Shown here in pieces: positions 23,310 through 35,700 of a stretch of 64,000 bases of DNA; the first letter of the stretch is position 1; every line of letters starts with the position of its first letter. The stretch lies in NCBI GenBank assembly GCA_010015585.1, contig ML975170.1. One strand, given 5' to 3'. The notes below the pieces were generated by a model. The model was not told the DNA's origin, ran no database searches, and saw only the letters and a program-made list of their open reading frames with translations. This DNA comes from Eremomyces bilateralis CBS 781.70. Lineage: Eukaryota. The position numbers were made by a program, and so were the translations under genes.

Positions 23310-23938
23310 ATGACCGCATCCTTCGTTTCCCCCTTACACATATCGCCTCATGAACTATTTCTCACTCCCCTTCTATCCGAAACAATGAAGAACGAACCCT
23401 ATGAAGCAGCGTCTTGCGACATACCCTCTTCCGCGACCTTGTATAAGGACTCAATTTCCTATTTACTACCAGATGATAGCAACGAGATCCCAATGATCAT
23501 GGTCGCCAATTCGAACGATTGGTTTCCAAGTCAGGCCCCGTTGACTTCACAAATCAATTGTGTACCAAATTATGATCACGATTGGAACAGTGTATAGATA
23601 TCGAGTAGCTTTGTCTCCTGGCATCATCTGTATTACTCACCGCCATTACTACCCTTTCTACCGACGATGAATGATGGAGACCTAATCTAAAAAGCGATAT
23701 CAGATAGAGTTGCCAGGATCGAAGCCCGCACCAAGGATGGATTAAGTCAAATTCAAGAGATGGTCGAGAGCTATTAACGAAAGTGAGATATCTTTTTCTA
23801 GGGAATGGTAAAAGCTGACGAGTCCACAGGTTAGAAGAGCAGACATAAAGATTGAAGCAGGAAATCGACTCGAATATCTCCCTACTACAATCTTGGTCAG
23901 CTTCTATCAAGCGATTTACTGATGAGCGGGGCAACTAA
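23310..23938 (+). pseudogene. RIP-damaged unknown gene with a coiled-coil-like C-terminus
   Basis: ORF 23310-23597 continues through TAG/TAA stops (KAISDRVARIEARTKDGLSQIQEMVESY), a GTGAG...CTGAC...CAG intron and LEEQT*RLKQEIDSNISLLQSW. Confidence 0.5.
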
Positions 23939-24359
23939 AATTAACTTCTTTTAGGGCGTTCTATTCTGATAGCGTATATAAAGTCCTCGGTATTCAGCAC
24001 TATAATCAAATGAGATGGTTGATAAGATAACAACAATGTGTTAATATTCCAGAGTCGAGCGGCATCGGAGTATCTTTCTAGACAGCTTGCTATGTTAGAA
24101 CCAGTTATCTGTAGAATCACGGCACAATAAAAGACTACAAGGTTCTATTCTAAATGCTCTCTGGGCATATAATATGGCGCTTTCTTTCGTTGTCCCGTGG
24201 AGCTGGGCTTACCAGCGCTACTAAGAATCATGAAGGGTCATGTGAAAGGAGGAAACAACGCGAGAACTAGCTGTATTGAAAGGAATTGTTTTCGTTGCTA
24301 TCACTCTCCTTGAGTGAGAATGTGATTTCATCATGACTAGCAATCTGTCCCATCACACA

Positions 24360-24731
24360 CTAAGCTAGCTCCGACGTTCGCTCCCTCGTCTCGAGCTCTG
24401 CGCGGAAGACGGGGTGTAGCGGAGTATTCTGACCTCTCTTATCATTCTACCAGCCTTTAGATGCTCTCCCCATTGTTGATCGTAGATCCGGTGATATTGG
24501 ACTCACTATGGATTCTGTAACCGGCGAAACTAATCCATCGTGGTCGGGGTCTGTCTCTGAAATGGTCTGATCGGGATCCTAGACGAATGCTTCCGATGGA
24601 TTGCGAATGATCCTAATTTGTTCGCGATCAATGGCCTTGCTAGGAGCCTATGCCTTCCGCTGGCCAGCCCTCACCGGGGAGAAGCTGGTAAGGAGCGTTA
24701 ACTGCAGCCTCTTGTTGAAGAGTAACTGAAG
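24360..24731 (-). pseudogene. 3' half of an unknown gene starting at an LTR junction
   Basis: Frame LQLLFNKRLQLTLLTSFSPVR...PVFRAELETRERTSELA* with three internal stops, all TAG. Confidence 0.45.
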
Positions 24732-25123
24732 TGTCAGAGATCAGGCTTTCAGGATATCTCTGTTTTTCGGGACCCGCCGGTCTCCAGACCGCGCCCCCAT
24801 TTCTTAGTCGTATTTAGGTGGTCTAGCCCCCATGGTTTCCCCATGGTTGCCCCGTGGTTCCCCCGTGGTTCCCACGTGGAGGATCCCACATCCCACGATA
24901 TCACCAATGCTTCTTTCTTTGCTTCTTCGCTCGTTTTGAGGAAACAAAGGTCCCCACGACCATGAATTGTATACAGAACATATAAGATGAGCGTATTCCT
25001 GTAGATTGTACGCTCATTAAGGATCAAGATCAATCAACACTTTCAATTCTTGGTAATCAAGTGCTCTCCTGCTGAAGTCGCATCTCCAGATCACCTGATC
25101 AAAGGAACAGCTATTCTCTGTCA
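24732..25123 (+). mobile_element. Solo LTR, family A (392 bp)
   Basis: TGTCAGAGA...TCTCTGTCA termini; 11-bp tandem repeats at 24828-24879; TATAAG at ~24981; hairpin ATGAGCGTA/TACGCTCAT; no matching TSD. Confidence 0.8.
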
Positions 25124-25295
25124 GTAGATGCAGCATCACCCTTATTTAGATTTGGTGGTGGAATGCCGGGCTATCCGCCTGGATTTCTGGATATAGACCA
25201 GATATATAGATACAAAAAGCCCCAAGTTCACTTTATTTTAAATTACAATCAATTCAGTTACGTTGTTATTGAGACATCGAAGATTATATACAATT

Positions 25296-25575
25296 TGTTA
25301 GGTGTGGTGGTGCCAAGTACAATTTCGTGGCTCGCTTTTTTTGTCAACCGCGTGTCTGGGTGTACAGCCCATGTGACAGTCTTGGGCTTTGCCCAGTCTG
25401 TGTGTTGTGGCCTTGCGGCCTAAGGCAGAAGGGATGGGTAGACCGTTTGCCCACAGATGTAAATAGCAGATCGCAGTGAGAGAGATCTTCTCCTTCTCTC
25501 TTTAGCAATTCAACAGCGTTACCAGCTTACCAAATCCTTCGTGGTTTGGGCCCATGACAGCCCAAGGCACTTACA
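25296..25575 (+). mobile_element. Probable solo LTR of a second family
   Basis: TGTTAGGTG...CACTTACA termini, TATA-like TAAATA followed by a CT-rich tract; no TSD. Confidence 0.45.
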
Positions 25576-25871
25576 TTTTTTAGAGGAAACTTGTTCAGTT
25601 AGTAAAAACCAACGGTACGAACCGTCTATATGAATTCTATAGCAATCAACCGGCGGTGGGGGTAGACTTCTTTAGGCCAAACTTGTTAAGAAGTCTATAA
25701 AGAAGTCTACCAGCAAAGTTTCATAGTCGGGAATTCCTCACCACTCCAAATCCGGAGAAATCTACCAACGGTTCCAGTGACCATAGTACAGTAGTAGTAG
25801 TAGAGAGTAGAGATCTTTATATTCTTGCCACTCTAAGTGTGCGGTCGTTTCCTCTTCCTGACTGTCCAACT

Positions 25872-26830
25872 CTATGCGAGCTTCTCAACCACGAACTTTT
25901 TTAAATCTTCCTCCGTCAACTCCTTGACTCCAAGAAGCTCATTGTCCGTCTCATCATAAGCACTGCCGTATGTTTCGCCGGCCAATCCCGTACCATTGAT
26001 GACCTTAAAAATGGCCGAAGAGCTGAAGTCGCCAGCGCTCAGTTCATCCAGACCCTCTTTCAAGACCGCACTTGCAGCAACCTTGCTGATCTCCCAATTG
26101 TCCCCTGGCCGCAGTCTTTCTGCAATTTTCAACAGCTGATTCTGCGTCAAGATCACCTCCGAAACTTTCACGACCCTGTTTTTGGTGGCCTCTAAGTTCT
26201 TCAAAATTCCGGCGATGGCCTTCCCGGCAGTCGCGAGTGAAGTAGAGCTCAGTCTGTTATCACCCTCGTCGAGCAAGGTAGCTTTGCGATCTGTAAAATC
26301 TAACAGACTCGCCTCGCCCGGCGCAAACAGGAATTCCAGGAAGGCCCCACATGCGAGCACCGTCCAGGTCAGCTGTCCTGCATTTGCCTTTTCTTGGAGG
26401 TGATGCTTGATCTTGAACACGTTTTCGTAGAGTGGAAACGCTTCTAGTTTGGGGTTGGTGGTGACACTGCCGTACTCGGAAGGAATGAAACGCTTCACTC
26501 CAGCAACGGCAGCGGCGTCAATTAACACGGTCTGAGTCTTGATGGCCGTACCGGCCACAGTGGACACGACTGCGTCAATGCCTTTGAGTGCAGCAGTCAA
26601 AGACTCCACGGATGTGAAGTCCACTTCAACTACATTAACGCCCGCATCGAATTCTCCAGGCTTCTTAGACCTAGCGAGGACCTTGACTTGGAATTGTGCG
26701 TCGATAAGTGCTTTAAGGACATGAGGCCCAAGCGTGCCAGAGGCCTGGTTAAGTTGTCAGTCATTCTTCTTGGACTTTTCCTTGTTGGAGCTCATACACC
26801 GGCGATTGCAACTGATTTAATCTCTGACAT
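25872..26830 (-). CDS. NmrA-like / isoflavone reductase family NAD(P)-binding oxidoreductase
   Basis: MSEIKSVAIAG, an intron, then ASGTLG (Rossmann motif); GVKRFIPSEYG and WTVLACGAFLEF. Confidence 0.93.
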
Positions 26831-27062
26831 AATGAAGATCGCGACAGGGGTATTGCAGTTCTTCTACCCAAATTGATGTTGGCCTTAATGGTTTTGCTAA
26901 CAAGAAATGCTGATGAACTATCATTGTTGGAGCGAGTAGAGGTCCTTTATACTCCTTTCCGAGTCGTATTAAGATTGATCTGTTAATTCTACCGCTCCGG
27001 CCTGATCAACCAAGACGTTTAAAGGTCCGCACGCCGTCCCGATCCGTGTCCGCATATCCCGC

Positions 27063-27172
27063 ACCTGCAGACCCTTGTTTTGCGGGAGTCCACCTGCCCT
27101 TATAAAGCATTTCCCGAAACCTGCAGACCCCTGTTTTGCGGGGATCCACCCGCCCTTATAAAGCATTTCCCG
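27063..27172 (+). repeat. Tandem ~55-bp duplication, each copy containing TATAAA
   Basis: ACCTGCAGACCC.TGTTTTGCGGGA..TCCACC.GCCCTTATAAAGCATTTCCCGA at 27063-27117 and 27119-27172. Confidence 0.9.
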
Positions 27173-27261
27173 ACTCGAATTCGCAACGGCACCGCACACT
27201 CCTTCCACTATCAACTCTAAGAGACACTTTCTATAAGATTCTTCCTCACCCGATCACTAAC

Positions 27262-28973
27262 ATGAGCATCGAGGGCCGTGCGATGATCGCTAAGAAAGCT
27301 TGTACTCGATGTAGTAAATCGAAAAAGCGATGCGACCGCGCAATCCCAGGTTGTAGACTCTGTACAAGGTATTCGGACGAATATTGCGTTGAACTCGTTG
27401 TGTACAATGTTGCTGATCGAGCCGGCTTGCAGATTCGGTCGAAGATGCGAGTATGAGGACTCTATGGCATCGTCCTTAGGCCCAACCCCTTCGCAATCCC
27501 CAGGATTAGAGACATTTCTTGCCTCGGAGCCAATTACACTAAGCCACCTTAAGAACGCGGTCATCCATAAACTCGGGCCCTTTACACCAGAAAGTGCCGT
27601 TTCAGCGTATCACCAGGCAATTGAGCCGTGGTTTCCGATTACATCCGAACTACGGGGCCGACTCCGACCGACATGGGACGAGACTTCTCTGGACGTTACA
27701 TTACTCTGCCTATCCATTTTACTTCTTACTACCAGCCCCTCTTCGACTGCAGAAAGTGACGGTAACACCTCCGAACTCGAAACCCTTTATCTTCAAACCA
27801 AGAGTAGCCTCGCCTTAGCTGAAGGACTTGGATTTAATTCTTTTCCGATCGTTCAATCCAGGATTTTGACAACTCTTTTCGAAGTCAGCCATGGCTTCTA
27901 TCCAGCTGCTTATATCTCTATTGGAGCCACGTTGAGAGCTGCAGATGCACTTGAAGTTCATCCTAGGGGAGACGCTTTGCAACCTCACTATTCAGATGGA
28001 GCAGTCAGTCATGAGGAGACAATTTTGATTTGGTGTGGGATTCTGGTCCTGGATAGGTGAGCTGTTCCTTCACAGAGTTTCCAGAAATGAAGCCTTCGTG
28101 GAGGTTTCGTCTCATTCTTGCTTCTAGATACATCACCATTGAATCTGGCCCGCGTTCTTCTCTAACTCGCTCTCGAATCGGATGGCTACATAACCTTCTG
28201 AAGCCCGCCCTTTGCCCAACACATGAGCCCAATCAGGATAAAAATAGCCCTGTTTCCCGCTTCGCTCGCCTGATGGAAGCCTCCGCTATGATAGATAAGA
28301 TTCACACCACCATAAACAGCCCCACGTCAGACCAGATATTCAATATAGAAGAGATGATGTTGACTGTTAAAACGTCAATCGCCCTCCAGACGATTCTGAC
28401 CGAGGAGATCCTGGCCGAGGACCGCCTCTACTCCGGTGGGTTGGGTCTATGTCAAATGTAAGCTACCAGCCCTCGCAGATTGGGCTTTTTGTGTGGGCGC
28501 GTCGATGCTGATGTTTGGACAGCGCCCTCCTCCTGGCATACGAGAACGGCACCAAAGTATCCTCCTCAGCCAATGCAACTGAGAATTGGAATTCACTTGC
28601 CACAACGTCTCTCATCCGCATCCTCTCTACCATAACCAGTACAATCGAACTCTTCACGATGGAAACACGGTCCATCGATTTTAACTACTTTCCGCCGCTC
28701 GTCACCTTCTTGGTGTATAAAGCGGCAATGATTATAACGGAAAGGCTGTCGATAGAACTCGATGTAAAAGACGGATTAGCAAGGTTGAGGACTCTAAGGA
28801 AGTTCTTGAGGATCGTGGCAAAGAGGTGGTTAAGCTGTGGTAAGTTAAACAGGACGTCCCGAAAGCTGTTTAAGCTGACCGAAGTTTGTAAAGAGCGTTA
28901 CCTTAAGCTTCTTAACGAGGACACGACTCCAAGGATGCTGAAGGCTATCGAGCAAGGGCAAGGGTCTTTTTAG
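27262..28973 (+). CDS. Zn(II)2Cys6 transcription factor with middle homology region, multi-exon
   Basis: CTRCSKSKKRCDRAIPGCRLC, an intron, then RRCEY; FEVSHGFYPAAYISIG and WCGILVLDR. Confidence 0.9.
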
Positions 28974-29127
28974 TCTGACCCATTGGCTTGTCTTTCGCAC
29001 AGCGATGCTAGTGGGTGTTACGGCACGGTAGCTGGATGTACACAACATACGCGTAGCCAAAGATATTCTAGATTGAGATGAAGAGTACAAGGTGACTATG
29101 ACAGAAGAATCTTGATGAGGTTCCATC

Positions 29128-29512
29128 TCTACGCTAGGCTTAATCAGGTTTAGGCTCTTAGCCTACGCTAACTATGGGCCCTGCCCATAACATTACCCCC
29201 CTCCTTACTCGGTATATAATACGGGAGAGGGGGCGGTGGCGGGACGATAGAATAAACGAAAGTCATGCAACGCTCCTGCCAACTCGTGATAGCCTCTATA
29301 GCGTTCACTGCCGCTACGCGGCTCCTTCGGGGTCCCGTCCGGGCTCTAATGTCCTCGCTAATACCGTCGCCTTTACCGTACTTAGCCTTAAACCGATCTA
29401 GGTCTTATACCTCTGTAAATTTAGACCGTGGCTACCAGTCGGGATCCGTATAGCCTTTCTATTTTATTAACAACTGTCGCACCTAGCCCCGGCCGACTCG
29501 CTTCTTCTCCGC
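29128..29512 (-). mobile_element. RIP-degraded 3' end of a chromovirus (chromodomain, PPT, start of LTR)
   Basis: KRVGRG*VRQLLIK*KGYTDPDW*P chromodomain-like sequence; PPT AAGGAGGGGGGTAA, then TGTTATGGGC starting at 29192. Confidence 0.75.
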
Positions 29513-29784
29513 GCTGTCACGGTCGTACTTTTCGTGCTTTGAGGCGTTAATATATTGTTGCCTTATGGCCTGATACGGATGCCTCACGATACGATCGGAT
29601 TGATGTGATGTGATGTCTCCGATGTGTTAGGGCTATCACGTGGTGATTCACAATCCCGCTTTGTGTATATTATATCTCTCTCTGTTCTGGTTTCCCGTTC
29701 TCCTTCTTCATCTTTCGTTTCGTCAAATACAAGCTGTTTTACGATAGTGATCCATATCCATGGTCCAAAATAGCACCGTGACAA

Positions 29785-30396
29785 TGGGGCTCAATCTCGC
29801 GTGAAGGGAGGTCAGATCTGGTGATCATGGACCGCGACGAAACCTCCGCAAGACATGGCTATTCCGCGAAATCCTACATCGCTGCATTAGAGGAGGGAAT
29901 CCCCCCTACGTACGAACCCGGGGATGTTGATATCCAGGATAACGCAAGGATCCATACGGCCAAAATCACCCAAGAATGGCTGGAGACGCACGGCATCTGG
30001 GTCATCGATTGGCCGGCCAATTCCCCAGACGTCAACCCCATCGAGCACATATGGCATCTGTTGAAAACCAAGGTCCTAGAGCTCCACCCTGAATTGAGGA
30101 CGATGGGCGCCTCGGAGGAGGCACGGGAGGCCATGAATGCGGCGTTAAAGGAGGCGTAGTGGGCGATCCCTCAGGAGACGATCAGAGAGCTGATCGACTT
30201 AATTCCGCGATGTCTACAGGCGGTAATCAAGGCAAAAGGGTGGCATATGAAATATTAGATATTTCCCAATTAATAAATCAAAAAAGTAGGCCGAATTTGC
30301 ATTTGTATGTGTTTTCCAGCGTATCTCAAGATACGGTGTATGGCGATCAGATTTGGTGATTTTGGGGGTTGTGCACAGACACATGTCTACTTAGTG
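29785..30396 (+). mobile_element. Tc1/mariner DD34E transposon, 3' fragment
   Basis: QDNARIH...SPDVNPIEHIW; homologous to 60241-60850 (reverse strand); ends ...AGTG followed by TA. Confidence 0.9.
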
Positions 30397-30612
30397 TATT
30401 AACACACCTTGCTCAAATAGCCGAATTTTCTCTTAGTAAGAATCCTTGGTGTTTCTAGCGAGTACGACAGAGGCAGCCTTATGTGAGCTTGTCAAGGTTG
30501 TCCCGTCGCATACGAACTTGAGTTATCCTGGACCTTCTTCTTGTCCTTGACCATCCGTTCCTCAGTTATTAATCATTTTCGCTGAACCTTCACCGCATCC
30601 ATACACCCAGAC

Positions 30613-32460
30613 ATGCCGTTCTCGAAGTCATCGAAGCGAAAGGGTGGACTCGCCCATTCAAACCCGCAATTTGCGTTTGTGCACTGCAATTCTGATCCGA
30701 GTAATCGATCGAAGGACGATGGGATACTTCAGAGCACTATACGATCGTATGCGATGCAATATGCTCGAAGACAGAAGCGATGGTCAACAAGCAGGAGGAT
30801 AACTCCAGAGATGGTAGCACCAACGACAGATGATGCCTCGAGCCAGAGGAAGGGGACGACTTTAGCCCTAACAGTTCCGTTTCGAAACCCATCGATGGAC
30901 AAATCTCCACCCGAAGCGGATAATGTTATGAAGTTGGAATTCTATGAGAAAGAGCACGAGACGGGTGTTTGTATAGGCTGTTCACGGCCTTTGAAACCAA
31001 GGGTTTTCTGCCGATGTAGTGTTGGGAGTCTTCTGGCCAGCAATTCTGTGAACGGATCGTCCTACAATCCCCATCCTTGGGATCTTCCGGTTTTGCTATC
31101 CCGCAAGCTGATCTCCATCACCGGATCTGAGACGGAACTTCTATCCACCTGTAAGCTATTGTGAATCGAACGGTATAGCGCATTTGAATCTGACTTCAAA
31201 GTCTTCGCAACGATTGGACCACGTTTCCTTCCTTTAGATGCTCGCCATCAGAGTAGCCTCATGGAAGGTTGGTACTCCGCGTGCCTGAGCCACAGCGCAT
31301 ATATGCACAGTTTATGTTCGGTGGCAGCGATTCACCTTTTCATATCCGGAAAAGGCCAGTTGCGGGATGTGATTTATCATAAGATGCGAGCGGAGACGTA
31401 CCTCAAGATGAATCTCCTCGATCCTACTCGGATGCAGGATGAGTCCAATATTGGAGCCATCTTCAACCTTATCTCTGTTGGCGAGGCTCTCCTTCTCCCT
31501 GGCATAACCAATGGCGAGTATAGAAAAGAGGATTGCAACGAGCGAGTCATACATTTGAACGGTCTCCGACATCTGATCGGGCTTCGCGGTGGCCTGTCAG
31601 GATTGTCTTCCAAATGTCTGCGGACTTTTATACTCTGGTTCGTAATCCTCACATCCATACGACCCAACTGACTCCGATGAAGGCATAGTACTGCACACGC
31701 CCTGGCGTCCTTTGGTGATCCATACATGTCGTTCATTCAACACCTGACGGGTCCGATGAACACCCTATCACCCGTAGATGAACTCTTAAGGGACCCACCT
31801 CTAAATCCGATGATTCGATTATGCTGTCGTCTCTATATCAGCGAAAACCTAGTCCGAATCGTCGGGAATAGCACACAATTCGTCGAGGCACTCCATCTCT
31901 GGCATGCACGAAAACCCGACTGCCTGGATTTCCTCGATCTGATCAACTGGTCATGTGACATCATACAACGTCTACTATTTCACTTGAATTCGAACCCGAC
32001 CCGTCGAATTGAAGAGTCACTAGCCATTGCACTCATCATGTTCGTCACTCGTGCGTCGGAAATGGTCGCACGTACCATTGACCCGCTTCGATTTGCAGCT
32101 GTGGAACGACTGAGAGGCTCACTCCTGTCGGTGCCTCCCGAGGAATGGGCTCCGGCAGAGGACCTCCATCTTTGGGTTTGTACGGTCGGTGCATTATCCG
32201 CGCCTGATGATGACGAATCGAGCTGGTTCGTCTCGAATTGTTATAGCGTTTCCCAACGATATCTTGGAAGGGGAAAAGCGGAGTTTCTGGATCGTTTGCG
32301 TGGGTGTTTATGGATTGAACAGACGATGGGTCGGAAATTTCGAGATTTATGGGGTGTCATGGCCCTGAAACGAGAGGAATCTCTTATGTTGGCTGGAGAT
32401 GCTCAATCTTGTTCCCAAGTGCCTATTCAAACGGGCATTGTAATTGGGTCGGCCATCTAA
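30613..32460 (+). CDS. Fungal-specific transcription-factor-like protein (Fungal_trans_2-like), multi-exon
   Basis: N-terminal FAFV...IRSYAM motif; HLNGLRHLIGLRGGL and LHLWVCTVGA. Three ORF blocks are joined by introns. Confidence 0.75.
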
Positions 32461-32714
32461 ATGTCGTGTTTGGGAGCGGACTAGAAAGATCATCTGGAGC
32501 AATCGGCCGTCGTCAATGGGGACTGTTCTGTGGGATTCCGATCCTCGTTTTGCAGCCCATGGAATTATATCTAATCTAGGAATATGGTGACAGAAGTCCT
32601 CCCATCACAATAGAAACGATACTTCATAGACAAGTTAGTTAGGATATGTAGTAACTAGTTAATACCTTAGAGTTTAATATCAAATGCTTTGCCAATAAAG
32701 TTGTAATTACTCTA

Positions 32715-35700
32715 TCAACCACGATCGAGTTGCTCGTTTCTATCTACATACTTTTTCGCCTTTCGCCTTCGGTTCGTTGGTTTGGACTTCTGATCTCCCG
32801 CTGGACTTTTTCGCTCCTCTTCCATCACTCGTCTACTCTCTTGATCCCACCATTGTTGAAATTCCTGCTCCGCTTGGATATCTTGAAGGTTACGTTTCGT
32901 TGTGGACATTTCATGAATCACGTCCTTCTCCGCCTGCTGTTGAGACAAGATGTCAACCATGCTCAGTCCTTCTGTTGGAATCGAGGTCGTCGGCTGGATA
33001 TGACGGACCGAATGAACTGCTGGTGTTGGCTTAGATGCTCCTGAGCTATCTGGTCGAGGGCCCAAACGCATCGCGTTTTCCGATCGCTGACGAGTAGAGG
33101 GATCTATGGTAGGGGATGACCCAGGAGTTGACGTGGCCCATTGCGATGACGCTGTCCTTTTGGTTTCGGGAGTGCGAGGAACATCATTCGTATGCGGTGT
33201 GGTATTTGCGACCGTTTGCCTCATTGTCAGTGGCCTCATTGTTAGTGGAGTTGACGCATTTCTGATTGAAGTTGCCGGTCCACTGGAAGTCGATGGGAAT
33301 GAGTTGGTCTTCGATGGTTGGATTTTCCATGGCGAGCTGGATGTTCCTTGCTTCGGTGTCGCAACTTTGGGCTGTTCGGTTTGAGCCTTTTTCCGTTGTT
33401 TCTGAGATGGTTTGCCTCCGAAGTTGGAAGTTTTCCGACCCCCGGAAATGGCCGATTCTAGGCCAAGAGATATGTTTGAGACGCGTGATGACGATGCTTG
33501 ATCCATGATTTCCTTCATGGTCAACTTCGAGGAATCCAGTGCAACATTCCATGGGCCTTTCCCTGCGGACTCTTCTACGATGGACGGCGTATTGGAAATA
33601 TCCAAATTCCGATGAAAATCAGGTTTCGGTATTGGCCGTGGATGAGTGTCCATCCTTCGGATCGGTGAACGCCCCAACTCAGGCATATCAACGGGAAATC
33701 CATCATCTTCAAGATCAAATATCATATCCTGGGAAGGGTGCATTGCGGATTGTGATGGCCTCGGGGGGGACGGGGGCAATACATCATCAGAAATAGCAAC
33801 TTTCCCCCTACCCATACGTAGCGATAATGGATGATGGTCGAGAGGGTTCACGAATGATGTCGAAGGGAACTTGGATGCATCTCTCACAGACTTCTCTCCA
33901 AGCATGGCAGGGTCAATGCTAACCTCTCCCCATCGTATCCGTCTCTTTGAAAGCTCCGGCCAGCGAAGTAGAAGCTCTTCATCGTCTTCCTTTGCTCTAG
34001 CATGATATCGTTGTTCCTCGCGTACTCGTTGATTAACTTCGATTAACAAATCGTTGTCCAATTCGTCCAGATACCTGCAAGGTTAGATATATAGACTAGA
34101 TGATGGGAAAGGCTTACCCATTTTGTAGAAGCACCTCGAGGTTGAAGCAAATGTAATCCAGTGCAGCATGACGAAATGCTCCAGCAGGGCTGGGAGCAAT
34201 CACATTGAGTAGTTCGCACACATTCCGAAGGTTCACTACAGTTGTAAGCCTTGATCTTCCATAGAGTTCTCAATGCTTACCGTGCTTTCCGATAACCTTC
34301 TGGCAAACCAATGACAAGCGGTCAAGTAGAAGTTCGTTCGCGATGGCCATCACATCCAAGACACGATCAAGAAAGTCTTCAACCTTAGGGCACTGAATGT
34401 TGTCGAATAGCTCGATCCCAGCATCTGAGTAGATATGCCGTAGAACGTAACCGAACGTCTCCGATGAAAAATGCTTCAGGTCAATACTGACTTTCCCTGA
34501 TTCGGAAGTTCTTCCTTGTAGCCAGAGGCCTCCCGTACGACCTTTGAAAAGACCGTCGAAAAAAGGACAGCGCTGACAAAGGATCTCTGAATGAGCAGAA
34601 ACTTGGCCGTCCTCGAGTTCGACCAGTACATCTGCGTCAGTGAATAATTCGGCATCGCTGTATGCGATTCTCATGTCGTCGTCCAGTCGCCTTCGACTAT
34701 CGATCTGGCGGACCGCGAATTCAAGTCCGGTCAATTCCAGTCGATGAGCAAGGCGGATCAAATCCGCTCGAACGTTACGTGCTCGGGCGTTCTTTGGGAA
34801 TTGCCAACACTCAACGACTTCATCCGTGTACAACCAGTAAACGAAATTGAAGAGAGTCATGGGATCAAGACCTTCGAATTGAAGTCGAGTACAATTTTCA
34901 GTCTCTTCAACGTGAAGAAAATCCATATGAGCATGAGAGTTCAGGGATCTTCGAATAACATTGCTCCGTCCAACCAGCAGCCATCTATGAATTGGTATGC
35001 CCCAGTTACCAAGAGATGTATAAACGACGATAGGTTCGAGTGGAAAATCCTTAGTATCTTTCAATGCAAGACTTTCAATCCCTTTGGTAATGGAGAAAAG
35101 CTGCTGGACCTTCGGTTCGACGGCTGACAGTTTAATCGGATGATCGCCTGTGGTAGCATACGTAACCAACTCTTCGAAAGGCATGAGCCTGGCGTATGCT
35201 TCCCACAAAGGACTGCCAGTGTCCAAGATGTCGGTTTTGGTGACATCATATTCTTGTCGTATAACAGCATACGCACCAAAGGCCGATGCCCGAACTTTGC
35301 AGACTCTTGTCAAGTTCGGTATCCTAGTGAACTTGTAATCTTTCGACTGGCTTCCAATTTCCGAAGCAGTGGTATGTTTGGCTTTCGACCGCTTGACCTG
35401 CCTCCAGACCGTCCCAGCTTCGGTGGCAAGAATGATAGATCCATCTTGGTCAACGGCGACATTTCTGGCTGACATGTGGCCCTTTTTGATGGACCATACC
35501 CGTCTAGGCTGGGAGAAGGAACCTTTGATTTTACTTGGATTCGTGGTTGATGCATGCGAATCGCCCATCTCGGTTGGCAGGCTCACCACGCAAGTGAAGA
35601 CTTCTCCCATGGAAGACATGGCGCAAATCGTGTTACCTCCACCGGTAATATGACAGATTCGGTTCGGGATATCCTCCCAACTCGGAATGGTATGCACTTG

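Noticed and set aside
4036..25123. 21-kb giant TIR transposon bounded by 50-bp inverted repeats
   Set aside because: No TSD outside the repeats, and the right copy is the end of a 392-bp TG...CA solo LTR.
18634..28973. Complete secondary-metabolite biosynthetic cluster
   Set aside because: No PKS, NRPS, terpene synthase or RiPP precursor is present.
3000..30400. Starship element
   Set aside because: No DUF3435 tyrosine-recombinase captain or other Starship hallmark gene was recognised in the window.
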